Of a stretch of DNA of 55,196 bases, positions 42,174 through 49,797 are shown one piece after another. The stretch is taken from contig JACQXF010000057.1 of NCBI GenBank assembly GCA_016208855.1, positions 1 through 55,196 of the forward strand. The letters are read 5' to 3'. This DNA comes from Nitrospirota bacterium (GTDB lineage: Bacteria > Nitrospirota > Thermodesulfovibrionia > UBA6902 > DSMQ01). Numbering within the stretch: the stretch's first letter is position 1; every line of letters starts with the position of its first letter. Both the position numbers and the translations under genes were made by a program. A model generated the notes under the pieces. That model was not told the origin of the DNA, did no database searches, and was given only the letters and a program-made list of their open reading frames with translations.

Positions 42174-43019
42174 TTACGTTTCAGGCCTCAGGGTTTTTAT
42201 TATTTCCCGTCTTGCCTCTCCGATGCTAAGAGGTATTCGTTCAAAAGGAATGTTATCCTCATGCTTTAACCTATAAATCAGTTCGGCAATATGCGGCAGC
42301 CTCAGCTTTATATTCTCCATGTCATCAGGGGCGCTGAATACATCTTCAGGCGCGCCACCGCGTGTAACCCTGCCTCTGCTAAGGATATAAAGCCTGTTAA
42401 GAAAAAGCGGTACAAGGTCAACGCTATGGGTTGCCATTACAATGGTTACACCATTTTCTTTGTTAAGTTTATGAAGAAGCTTCATCATTTTGTACTCTCC
42501 CATCGGGTCAAGCCCTGCGGTAGGCTCATCAAGCAGAAGCAGCTCATGCCCCATAGCCAGCAGCCCTGCAATACATGCCCTCTTTCTCTGCCCGAAGCTC
42601 AAATTATGTACAGACTTCTTTTCAAAGCCGGAAAGCTCAACCTCCTTCAGGGCATTAAGCACTCTTCTTTCAACCTCTTTTGTATCAAGGCCCATATTAA
42701 GAGGGCCAAATGCAACATCTTCAAAAACTGTTGGGGCAAAGAGCTGGTCGTCAGGGTTTTGAAATACAAGCCCGACTTTTTTATATATCTCCTTTGGAGT
42801 AAGCGTCTTTATATCAACTCCGCATAGATGCACACTTCCCTCAAAATCCTTTATCAGCCTGTCCATTGCCCTTAAAAGAGTAGTCTTCCCTGAGCCGTTT
42901 GCTCCAAGGAGGCCAATGAACTCGCCTTTTTTTATATCAAGGCTTATATCGTTCAGGGCGTGCGTGCCGTCAGGATATTTATATATAAGCGACTTAACAG
43001 AAAGCATCATATCATCCAT
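42174..43019 (-). CDS. cbiO: Cobalt ECF/ABC transporter ATPase
   Basis: Walker A GANGSGKTT, signature LSFGQRKR, Walker B LLLLDEP. Confidence 0.9.
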   Translation of the reverse strand: MDDMMLSVKSLIYKYPDGTHALNDISLDIKKGEFIGLLGANGSGKTTLLRAMDRLIKDFEGSVHLCGVDIKTLTPKEIYKKVGLVFQNPDDQLFAPTVFEDVAFGPLNMGLDTKEVERRVLNALKEVELSGFEKKSVHNLSFGQRKRACIAGLLAMGHELLLLDEPTAGLDPMGEYKMMKLLHKLNKENGVTIVMATHSVDLVPLFLNRLYILSRGRVTRGGAPEDVFSAPDDMENIKLRLPHIAELIYRLKHEDNIPFERIPLSIGEARREIIKTLRPET

Positions 43020-43768
43020 ATAACCCCTCCAAAAGCTACAATTAAAACAGCAAATGCAACCTCTCCATGCCTTAGCGGCTCATGCATTAGAAGGGGCAGA
43101 TCCCCTGTATAGCCCCTGAGCTCCATTGCCTCTGACGTCTTCTGGCTCTGATCAATGCACCTAAGGACAAGCGCGCCTGTAAGGACTCCAAAAGAATGAA
43201 GTCCTTTCTTTATCCCTGCATAGCCCAGACGGTTTTTCTGGGCCTGATAGATAGTAACCGCCTCCTCAAGAAAAACAAACAGATACCTGTATGCAAACAT
43301 CATTATCTCTGTGAATTGTCTTGACACTTTAAGCCATGAGAGCGCAGCTACAAATTCTGTAAATGGAGCGGCAAATCCCAAAGCTATCACAAGGGAGACC
43401 CCTCCGATTACCCGGCTTGTAATTCGCATCCCTTCAAGGAGACCGTCTTTATGCCCGGTAATCTCTATTCCGTACAGGTTTAGCGTAAACAAGACCTCCT
43501 GCCCTGTAAAGAATAACTTAAGCAAAAGCACAACCAAAGCTATAAACATAGGCTGTGCAAATCTTATAAACATATGCCTGAGCGGTATCCTCATGGCAAT
43601 ACACAGGGACAAAGAAGATACAGCTATAAATATTGGGAAAAACATCCCTTTAGAGCTAATGACCATCAAAAGCAGGGCAAAGGTAACAAGCGTCTTCACC
43701 CTTGCATCTACACGCGAAAGGATATGCTGTTGCCTGAAATTATCAGCAAAACATTCACATATTGGCAT
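43007..43768 (-). CDS. cbiQ: Cobalt ECF transporter T component
   Basis: 253-aa polytopic protein in the cbiMNQO position. Confidence 0.85.
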   Translation of the reverse strand: MPICECFADNFRQQHILSRVDARVKTLVTFALLLMVISSKGMFFPIFIAVSSLSLCIAMRIPLRHMFIRFAQPMFIALVVLLLKLFFTGQEVLFTLNLYGIEITGHKDGLLEGMRITSRVIGGVSLVIALGFAAPFTEFVAALSWLKVSRQFTEIMMFAYRYLFVFLEEAVTIYQAQKNRLGYAGIKKGLHSFGVLTGALVLRCIDQSQKTSEAMELRGYTGDLPLLMHEPLRHGEVAFAVLIVAFGGVIWMI

Positions 43769-44072
43769 TAAGCTTCTCCTGTCTTTGCTCTGTGTTCTGT
43801 GTTCTGTTCTCTGTCAAAGTCCTCCAATAATACCCTGCCGCAAATCCCCCTATTACACCCCCGATAAGGAACATAAAGAGCAGGAGGTCGCCCTGATCTG
43901 TATTTATAAGCGGTTCCTTTGCGGCCCTGCCGTGCTCCTCTGCATACTTCTCTACAACAGATTCATCAACACCGCCCCACTTGGCAGCAGTAACAAGTGA
44001 CGAGTGACAAGTGACAAGTAAAAGGAGAATTAAAACAATTTGAAATTTGAAATTTGAAATTTGAACTTTCAT
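43755..44072 (-). CDS. cbiN: Cobalt transport protein CbiN
   Basis: Core ...AAKWGGVDESVVEKYAEEHG...GDLLLFMFLIGGVIGGFAAGYYW. The N-terminal TM segment and the C-terminal tail are encoded by repeats. Confidence 0.8.
   Translation of the reverse strand: MKVQISNFKFQIVLILLLLVTCHSSLVTAAKWGGVDESVVEKYAEEHGRAAKEPLINTDQGDLLLFMFLIGGVIGGFAAGYYWRTLTENRTQNTEQRQEKLNANM
43781..43813. repeat. Hep-1 solo arm forming the CbiN C-terminal tail / cbiQ upstream region
   Basis: gtctttgctctgtgttctgtgttctgttctctg. Peptide ENRTQNTEQRQ. Confidence 0.75.
43988..44066. repeat. Hep-2 arm plus aatttga x4 heptamers encoding the CbiN N-terminus
   Basis: cagtaacaagtgacgagtgacaagtgacaagta (43988..44020) and aatttgaaatttgaaatttgaaatttgaac (44037..44066). 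Peptide MKVQISNFKFQIV...LLLVTCHSSLVTAA. Confidence 0.8.
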
Positions 44073-44836
44073 GATATCGCCTCCTCTGCCTTTATTACCC
44101 CGAATTTAACGAGAAGATCAGAGCGTCTCTTATAAAGCAGCGTTATCATCCCTGCAGTCATAACTCCTTCGACAATGCCGAGGGGCAACTGCGTTGGGAT
44201 AAATGCTATAGCTATTTTTGCAAACAATGGCATAAAAGGCTCATTACCCCTGATGCCCGCTGCAAGCTCAACAGATGTGGTAAGATATATTGCCCAGTCA
44301 GATAAAAGCCCCGCAAAGAATGCCGAGATTGCAAGGCTGATATTGAACCTTCTTAAAAGTCTGAAAACGCCGAGACCTACGAATGCGCCCATTACGCCCA
44401 TTGACACTACATCAGCGCCCCATGTGCTAAGCCCTCCATGCGCAAAGAATAACGCCTGGATCAGAAGGGCAACGCCGGTAATCAAGACAGTAATTGATGG
44501 GCCAAGCAGTATCGCGGGAATTGCAGTGCCTCCGGGATGAGAACATGTCCCTGCTGTAGGCACAGGAATTGGCATAAGAGATATAACAAAGACCACTGCG
44601 GTCATAAGCCCCACAAGCGGTTTATAGGAAAGGTCAATCTTTGATATATCTTTTAGCCTCTTTATGCCATAGGCAACAAATGGGACAGACAATGCAAACC
44701 ACAGCGCCGCCCAGTTAAGAGGCAGTATGCCTTCTGAGATATGCATGGCGTTAGCCTCAGTGACGAGTGACAAGTGACAAGTGACAAGTAAAAAAGTGAT
44801 GAATAACAAGTGACGAGTTATATTTTGAATTTTCAT
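44069..44836 (-). CDS. cbiM: Cobalt ECF transporter substrate component CbiM (possibly with a cleavable leader, or starting at ATG 44746)
   Basis: The conserved mature N-terminus MHISEGILP begins at codon 31, preceded by ...LVTEANA. Both ATGs have SD-like sequences (AGGAG before 44836, GAGG before 44746). Confidence 0.85.
   Translation of the reverse strand: MKIQNITRHLLFITFLLVTCHLSLVTEANAMHISEGILPLNWAALWFALSVPFVAYGIKRLKDISKIDLSYKPLVGLMTAVVFVISLMPIPVPTAGTCSHPGGTAIPAILLGPSITVLITGVALLIQALFFAHGGLSTWGADVVSMGVMGAFVGLGVFRLLRRFNISLAISAFFAGLLSDWAIYLTTSVELAAGIRGNEPFMPLFAKIAIAFIPTQLPLGIVEGVMTAGMITLLYKRRSDLLVKFGVIKAEEAIS
44758..44817. repeat. Hep-2 arms encoding or preceding the CbiM leader
   Basis: cagtgacgagtgacaagtgacaagtgacaagta ... 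aacaagtgacgag. Peptide TRHLLFITFLLVTCHLSLVT. Confidence 0.8.
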
Positions 44837-44845
44837 TATATTCTC

Positions 44846-45616
44846 CTAAAATCTCAGCGCCGTACCGGCGAGGATTGAATAATCGGTTTCAGGTTTATTG
44901 AGCCCGCCTTTTAGTCCAATGTCTATATCAAAATTCTCTGCAACTGAATAAATTAATCCGCCCAGCATAAATGCAGGATGCGTATTTGATGTTTTATCAG
45001 GATTTCTTTCCATGCCTATATTTGCAACAGCCTTAAGGTCTTTGACAACCTCAACCTCTCCTGCAAAAGACAAATGCCATATATCTTTTCTGTTGGCATC
45101 TTTATCTGCCTCAAGCTTATAAACATTATGCGTATAACCAAGATTCAAATGAAATGCCCAAGCGTTTATTTCTTTTGTAGTTATAAACATCATGCCGTAA
45201 GACGCCATGCCGCTGCCAAGCCCTTTGTCTTCATCGCCTGTTGGCAAGGTAATGCCGGGCTTCAAGGCAAGGCTTAAATTATCATGTTCATAAAAGCGCC
45301 ATTTCATCTCAATGGACACATCCGATATCCCATACTCATCATTCTTCGTTACAGCATCCTTTGTCCTGATATGCTGATATGGAATGCCAACCACTATATC
45401 CATGTCGTTTCTTATTCCATAAGACAGTATTGCTGCCAATTCTGTAATATTCTCTGTGATGCCGTCTTCATCTTCATGCCTATACTCTCCGTTAATCTCA
45501 ACCTGCGCCTTGCCTTTCCCCTGCGTGCCTGTATCGTCTGTAATTAGCGGGTGAGCAGCAAAGGCTGCTGCTGACCACAAAAATACCACAACCGTTAAAA
45601 TAGTTTTCTTAAACAT
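44846..45616 (-). CDS. Outer-membrane beta-barrel channel (MetA-pathway/phenol-degradation-like transporter family)
   Basis: Signal peptide MFKKTILTVVVFLWSAAAFA, AHPLITDDTGTQGKGK motif, alternating beta-strand pattern, C-terminal ...GTALRF. ATG 45616 has an AAGGAG RBS (ORF-track start 45631 has none). Confidence 0.7.
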   Translation of the reverse strand: MFKKTILTVVVFLWSAAAFAAHPLITDDTGTQGKGKAQVEINGEYRHEDEDGITENITELAAILSYGIRNDMDIVVGIPYQHIRTKDAVTKNDEYGISDVSIEMKWRFYEHDNLSLALKPGITLPTGDEDKGLGSGMASYGMMFITTKEINAWAFHLNLGYTHNVYKLEADKDANRKDIWHLSFAGEVEVVKDLKAVANIGMERNPDKTSNTHPAFMLGGLIYSVAENFDIDIGLKGGLNKPETDYSILAGTALRF

Positions 45617-45640
45617 ATTTTCTCCTTTCATCGAGGTTTT

Positions 45641-45868
45641 GGAACGAGAGGTCTTCCGGCTCAGGGCTTCCTACTTGCCAACCTTCCCATGCCGAAGCTT
45701 CGGCACAGTGGCTTTAGAAGCAGGTTGAGGTTGAGGTTTAGGTTGAGGCTAAGTAAGAATCTTCTGAACCTTAACCTTATCCTTGACCTTATCCTGTTTT
45801 TTCAGGCTTTCGTTCCCTTTACGGCTGCGGGACAGCAGGGGATTTTCACCCCTTTCCGCTTCATCATT
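45641..45868 (-). promoter_or_regulatory. Cobalamin (B12) riboswitch controlling the OM channel-cbiMNQO operon
   Basis: Minus strand reads ...GGAAAGGGGTGAAAATCCCCTGCTGTCCCGCAGCCGTAAAGGG... (45811..45860), GCCACTGTGCCGAAGCTTCGGCATGGGAAGG (45682..45712), and a B12-box-like GAGCCGGAAGACCTCTC (45646..45662). Confidence 0.85.
45721..45795. repeat. Hexamer-built inverted repeat inserted in the variable loop of the riboswitch
   Basis: caggttgaggttgaggtttaggttgaggct / aagtaagaatcttctg / aaccttaaccttatccttgaccttatcct. Confidence 0.8.
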
Positions 45869-45887
45869 CCATAGTTTTTAGTTTTTT

Positions 45888-45921
45888 TCACTTCTCCCTT
45901 CCTACTTCTTACTTCTCACTT
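45888..45921. repeat. cacttct/tacttct heptamer array over the cbiX-cbiC stop
   Basis: tcacttctcccttcctacttcttacttctcactt. Related arrays at 36463..36490 and 50165..50197. Confidence 0.65.
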
Positions 45922-46928
45922 TTTATATCACCTCCTTTCAACATTTTTAACAATGCATTCACTATTGCCACTGCCACAGGCGTTCCGCCTTTTCTGCTCA
46001 GATTGGTTATAAATGGAAACTTCTGAGCCGAAAGTGACGACTTTGATTCAAGCGCCTTTACAAAGCCTACAGGAACGCCGATAACCAACGGAAAGTGACG
46101 AGTAACGAGCGACGAGTGACGAGTGAAAATATCAATAACCTTAAGCAGTGCTGTTGGCGCATTGCCGATAGCGATAATGCCTATGTTGTGGCTGCCTGAA
46201 AGCGCCTTCTCCATTGCTATCTCTGCCCTTGTCCTGCCTGTCTCTTCAGAGAGCCTTATGACATCGTCATCATTGATATTGCAGATAACTTTTCCTCCCC
46301 ATGGCTTAAGCCATCTTTTAATAATTCCTGTCTTCACCATCTCCACATCTGTAAGAATGTCTTTCCCTGCCTTTATTGCCTCAAACCCTGCGCTTATGGC
46401 CTGAGGATGAAAGAGAAGAGTCTTTTTGAATTCAAAATCTGCTGTTGCATGTATTACCCTCTGGATTATGGGAACCTGCTCAGGCGGAAATCCTTTTAAA
46501 TCCGTCTCCTCTGATATTATCTCAAAGCTCCTCTCCTCAATAGCTTCCGGCTTTAAGCCGTTAGCAGCATAAATCCTCTCTGCTACAATCTGAATAAGCT
46601 TGTCATGAATGCCGAGGGGCTCTGTATATATAAATTCCACTTCCGGATATTTATCCTTTGCATCTTTAATCATCTCGGGGATGTCTTTTGTAACATGCAT
46701 GCCTGAGCTTAAAAAATACGGATGAATGATTATCCTTTTCGCCCCATCCTGAACACACTGTTTTATGCCTTCAGGGATGTCAGGCTCTCCGAACTGAAGA
46801 TACGCAGCCCTTACACATCCCTTGCTGCAATCAGAATGAATCACATTATGCAGCAGCCTTCCAACTATATCAATATTATTGGCGTCTTTTTTGGGACTTC
46901 CGTGTCCTATAAGTATTATGTTTTCCAT
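45909..46928 (-). CDS. cbiXC: Sirohydrochlorin cobaltochelatase (CbiX-type) fused to cobalt-precorrin-8 methylmutase (CbiC)
   Basis: MENIILIGHGSPKK...IIIHPYFLSSGMH (CbiX), then ...IIQRVIHATADFEF...AIGNAPTAL...IGVPVGFV...KGGTPVAVAIVNAL (CbiC). AAGGAGAC RBS before ATG 46928 (ORF-track start 46961 lies inside a REP element). Confidence 0.85.
   Translation of the reverse strand: MENIILIGHGSPKKDANNIDIVGRLLHNVIHSDCSKGCVRAAYLQFGEPDIPEGIKQCVQDGAKRIIIHPYFLSSGMHVTKDIPEMIKDAKDKYPEVEFIYTEPLGIHDKLIQIVAERIYAANGLKPEAIEERSFEIISEETDLKGFPPEQVPIIQRVIHATADFEFKKTLLFHPQAISAGFEAIKAGKDILTDVEMVKTGIIKRWLKPWGGKVICNINDDDVIRLSEETGRTRAEIAMEKALSGSHNIGIIAIGNAPTALLKVIDIFTRHSSLVTRHFPLVIGVPVGFVKALESKSSLSAQKFPFITNLSRKGGTPVAVAIVNALLKMLKGGDIKSEK
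46093..46126. repeat. Hep-2 solo arm in frame in the CbiC part
   Basis: aagtgacgagtaacgagcgacgagtgacgagtga. Peptide FTRHSSLVTRHF. Confidence 0.8.
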
Positions 46929-48555
46929 TTTGTCTCCTTCTTGATTTCTGTTTTTCGTCATTCCTGCGAAAGCAGGAATCCAGAGATTCTTCGCTCTGCT
47001 CAGAATGGCAATAAGGAACTGGATTCCCGCCTGTGCGGGAATGACATTCTGTGATAAATTTTATAAAATTCCCTGCAATAGCCGGATTGCTTCCAAAGTG
47101 GATATGTATATAACTTGCAAGCGTGTTCTTAACGCAGTAGCCTTCCACTAAACCAGAACCAAGAACACAGAATACAGAAACCAGACTATTTTTAATCCCC
47201 CCTTGCCCCCCTTTAGCAAAGGGGGGATGGGGGGATTTGTCTGTGTTCTGTGCTCTGTGTTCTGTGCTCTGTACCTTTATCTCTGAATAATGAAACTCAT
47301 GCCCTCTTAGCCCGGCTCCTTTTTTGCCGAGCACGCAGTCATCCTTCAATTCTACTTCCCTGTAGCCAAGCTGGGCCCTTTTCTCTTTCATCATGGTTTC
47401 AAACGGAAAAACCCCTGCCATTTTTTCTATCTTCATTTTTCCATCTTCCGTCTTCCATATCCCTTTTGACAGATACATCAGCCCGCCGCATTCAGCATAA
47501 ACAGGTTTCCCTGAGTCTGCCCAGTCATATATTGCCCTAAGCATATCAGTATTTGCAGATAGCTCGCCTGCATAAATCTCAGGATAACCACCTCCAATGT
47601 AAATTGCATCCACACCCTCCGGTATAGAAGAGTCTTTAAGCGGACTGAACCTCACTATCTCTGCCCCTGCATCTCTTAATAAATCAAGATTATCCTCGTA
47701 ATAAAAACAGAATGCCTTGTCGTAGGCAACGGCAATTTTGATTGACACGGAGACGCGGGGATGCAGTGAGACGGTGATTTTTCTTTGTCTCTCCGTGTCT
47801 CCGTCTCTCAGCGTCCCTATGTCTATCAGTAATCCCACATCCACATGCTTGAGCACCGCATCTGCGAGCCTTTGTATATTATCATCCGTAAGCGGGCTCT
47901 CTTCAGCAACCATTAACCCAAGATGCCTGTGAGGTATCTCAAACTCTATCCCTCTTGGAAGATAGCCAAGCACAGGCACATCGTGCACGCTCCTTTTTAC
48001 CCTTTCATAGTGGCGTTCTGAGGCGATACGGTTGAAGATAACGCCAGCAATATTAGTATCAGAGTGACAGAGTGTCATAGTGTCAGAGTCTTTAATACTT
48101 TGATACTTTAATACTTTGATACTCTGATACTCTGATACTTTGTCACTTTGACACTTATTAGAGGCAAAGCCTCTTACGACTGCTCCTGCGCTCTCTGCCA
48201 TTCCATAGGCATCAACCACAAGAATAATAGGCAGATTAAGCAATGTTGAGAGGTAAGCAGTGCTGAATTCGCCATCATACATTCCCATAACACCTTCAAT
48301 GACCGATATATCAGCAGAGGCGGAATGTTTATCATAGCATTCCCTTACATATCCCTCTCCGCACATCTTTACATCAAGGTTTCTTGCTGGTCTGCCGGTA
48401 ATAAGGCTGTGAAGCCCTGTGTCTATGAAATCAGGGCCTGCCTTAAAGGCCTGCACACTCAGCCCCTTCTTCTTTAGCGCTGCAAGCATCCCAAGCGTTA
48501 TGGTGGTTTTCCCGCATCCGCTGTGAGTGCCTGCTATAATAAAGCCTGATTTCAT
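46876..48555 (-). CDS. cbiA: Cobyrinate a,c-diamide synthase; the C-terminal ~55 codons are read-through of a REP element
   Basis: MKSGFIIAGTHSGCGKTTITLG...KAGPDFID... and GATase part ...YAECGGLMYL. After ...HIHFGSNPAIAGNFIKFI the ORF continues through 46957..47045 and overlaps the cbiXC start. Confidence 0.85.
   Translation of the reverse strand: MKSGFIIAGTHSGCGKTTITLGMLAALKKKGLSVQAFKAGPDFIDTGLHSLITGRPARNLDVKMCGEGYVRECYDKHSASADISVIEGVMGMYDGEFSTAYLSTLLNLPIILVVDAYGMAESAGAVVRGFASNKCQSDKVSEYQSIKVLKYQSIKDSDTMTLCHSDTNIAGVIFNRIASERHYERVKRSVHDVPVLGYLPRGIEFEIPHRHLGLMVAEESPLTDDNIQRLADAVLKHVDVGLLIDIGTLRDGDTERQRKITVSLHPRVSVSIKIAVAYDKAFCFYYEDNLDLLRDAGAEIVRFSPLKDSSIPEGVDAIYIGGGYPEIYAGELSANTDMLRAIYDWADSGKPVYAECGGLMYLSKGIWKTEDGKMKIEKMAGVFPFETMMKEKRAQLGYREVELKDDCVLGKKGAGLRGHEFHYSEIKVQSTEHRAQNTDKSPHPPFAKGGQGGIKNSLVSVFCVLGSGLVEGYCVKNTLASYIHIHFGSNPAIAGNFIKFITECHSRTGGNPVPYCHSEQSEESLDSCFRRNDEKQKSRRRQNGKHNTYRTRKSQKRRQ
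46957..47045. repeat. REP-type element with hairpin ends (gtcattcctgcgaaagcaggaatccag ... ctggattcccgcctgtgcgggaatgac)
   Basis: The ends are inverted copies of each other and each is itself a hairpin. Related motifs occur inside MITE family A. Confidence 0.8.
47152..47273. repeat. Composite nested element, copy 2 (Hep-1 arms + C6/G6 core), in frame in cbiA
   Basis: Collinear with 30320..30440. Peptide QSTEHRAQNTDKSPHPPFAKGGQGGIKNSLVSVFCVLGSG. Confidence 0.85.
47744..47817. repeat. Bipartite inverted repeat (gacacggagacg... / ...cgtctctcagcgtccc) in frame in cbiA
   Basis: Peptide GDTERQRKITVSLHPRVSVS. Confidence 0.75.
48056..48154. repeat. Bipartite heptamer element (gtatcag/agtgaca arm vs tactttga/tactctga arm) in frame in cbiA
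   Basis: Peptide CQSDKVSEYQSIKVLKYQSIKDSDTMTLCHSDT. Confidence 0.8.
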
Positions 48556-49610
48556 ATCAAGCCTCTTACTATTAAAATTACAAGTGCAACTATTACGCCG
48601 CCTAAAGATGTAACCCTCACAATATCCATTGCCCTTAATGAGGCAGGAAGGTAATCTTCTGTCTTTGCCTCTCCTATAAACGGCTTCTCCACAACAATCC
48701 CGCCATATAAAGAAGGCCCTCCAAGCCTTACCCCAAGCGCTCCTGCCATTGCAGCCTCCGGAACGCCGCTGTTAGGACTTGTATGATTCCTGCCGTCTCT
48801 AATCATCATCTTAAATGATGATAGGGGATTGGGGATTGGGGGTTGGGGATTAGTTTCTTTACCAACCCCTAACCCCCAACCCCTAATCCCCAGAATAAAT
48901 GTGGCCGCTACAATTAGTATCCCTGTAATCCTTGCCGGGATAAAGTTTGCAATATCATCAAGCCGGGCTCCAGCCCAGCCGAAGTTTCTGTATTCTTCAT
49001 TTTTATATCCAACCATTGAATCAAGCGTGTTTACTGCCTTATACGCCATTGCAAGAGGCAGTCCGCCAATTGCAAAATAAAAAAGCGGAGCGACTATCCC
49101 GTCAGACGCATTCTCTGCAAGGGTCTCTATGGCAGCCTTCGCAATCCCTTTGCTGTCCAAACTCTTTGTGTCTCTTCCAACAATATGGCTCAGGTTTTCT
49201 CTTGCCTCATATATATTGTCTGCACTTAAACTCTTAATCACTGCCTTTGCTGACCTTATGAGCTCATGCGTTGCAAGGGTGGTTGATATAAGATAAATCA
49301 TAAATAAGGCGGTAAATAGTGAATAGTGAATGGTGAATAATGAATTAACTGCATAAAACATCACATACGTAGAAGATACTATAATTAACACAAGAATAAC
49401 TCCTGCCCATTTTTCTCCTCTCTCTTTTTCCCTCTGTCTGTGTTCTGTGCTCTGTGTTCTGTTATCTAATCTTTTTAGTGTCCGCCTTAAGAAGTTTTCC
49501 ATCTTTGTTACCCCCCATCCCATCACCTTTACAGGATGAGGCACATAACGCGGGTCGCCTATTACAAGGTCAAGGATATAAGCCAATGTCAACATTTCAG
49601 TGTCTCTCAT
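48552..49610 (-). CDS. cbiB: Adenosylcobinamide-phosphate synthase
   Basis: ...LDLVIGDPRY.PHPV...SPNSGVPEAAMAGALGVRLGG... polytopic. Three repeat inserts. Confidence 0.85.
   Translation of the reverse strand: MRDTEMLTLAYILDLVIGDPRYVPHPVKVMGWGVTKMENFLRRTLKRLDNRTQSTEHRQREKERGEKWAGVILVLIIVSSTYVMFYAVNSLFTIHYSLFTALFMIYLISTTLATHELIRSAKAVIKSLSADNIYEARENLSHIVGRDTKSLDSKGIAKAAIETLAENASDGIVAPLFYFAIGGLPLAMAYKAVNTLDSMVGYKNEEYRNFGWAGARLDDIANFIPARITGILIVAATFILGIRGWGLGVGKETNPQPPIPNPLSSFKMMIRDGRNHTSPNSGVPEAAMAGALGVRLGGPSLYGGIVVEKPFIGEAKTEDYLPASLRAMDIVRVTSLGGVIVALVILIVRGLI
48822..48891. repeat. Hep-3 bipartite element in frame in cbiB
   Basis: taggggattggggattgggggttggggatt / agtttctttac / caacccctaacccccaacccctaatcccc. 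Peptide GIRGWGLGVGKETNPQPPIPNP. Confidence 0.85.
49313..49345. repeat. Tandem agtgaat-type heptamers in frame in cbiB
   Basis: Peptide NSLFTIHYSLFT. Confidence 0.7.
49436..49463. repeat. Hep-1 solo arm in frame in cbiB
   Basis: Peptide NRTQSTEHRQ. Confidence 0.75.
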
Positions 49611-49652
49611 AACTTATGAGTTTTGAGTTCTTAGTTCTTAGTTTTGAGTTAA
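49611..49652. repeat. gttttga/gttctta heptamer array upstream of cbiB
   Basis: Its partial inverse (actaaaaaactcaaaat, 49788..49804) lies on the other side of MITE-A2. Confidence 0.65.
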
Positions 49653-49787
49653 TAATCAGTTCATTAGTATAAAGACACGTTTGTCATGCCCGCAGGTAGT
49701 AATCGGGCATCCAGCGCCTTTCTGGATTCCCGCTCAACAGACTGCGGGAATGACGCCTATGTATGCTTACTTATGAACTCCTTAGTA
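49651..49787. mobile_element. MITE-like element, family A, copy 2 (cobQ-cbiB spacer)
   Basis: Roughly 90% identical by eye to 11241..11378, in the same orientation. Confidence 0.8.
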
Positions 49788-49797
49788 ACTAAAAAAC

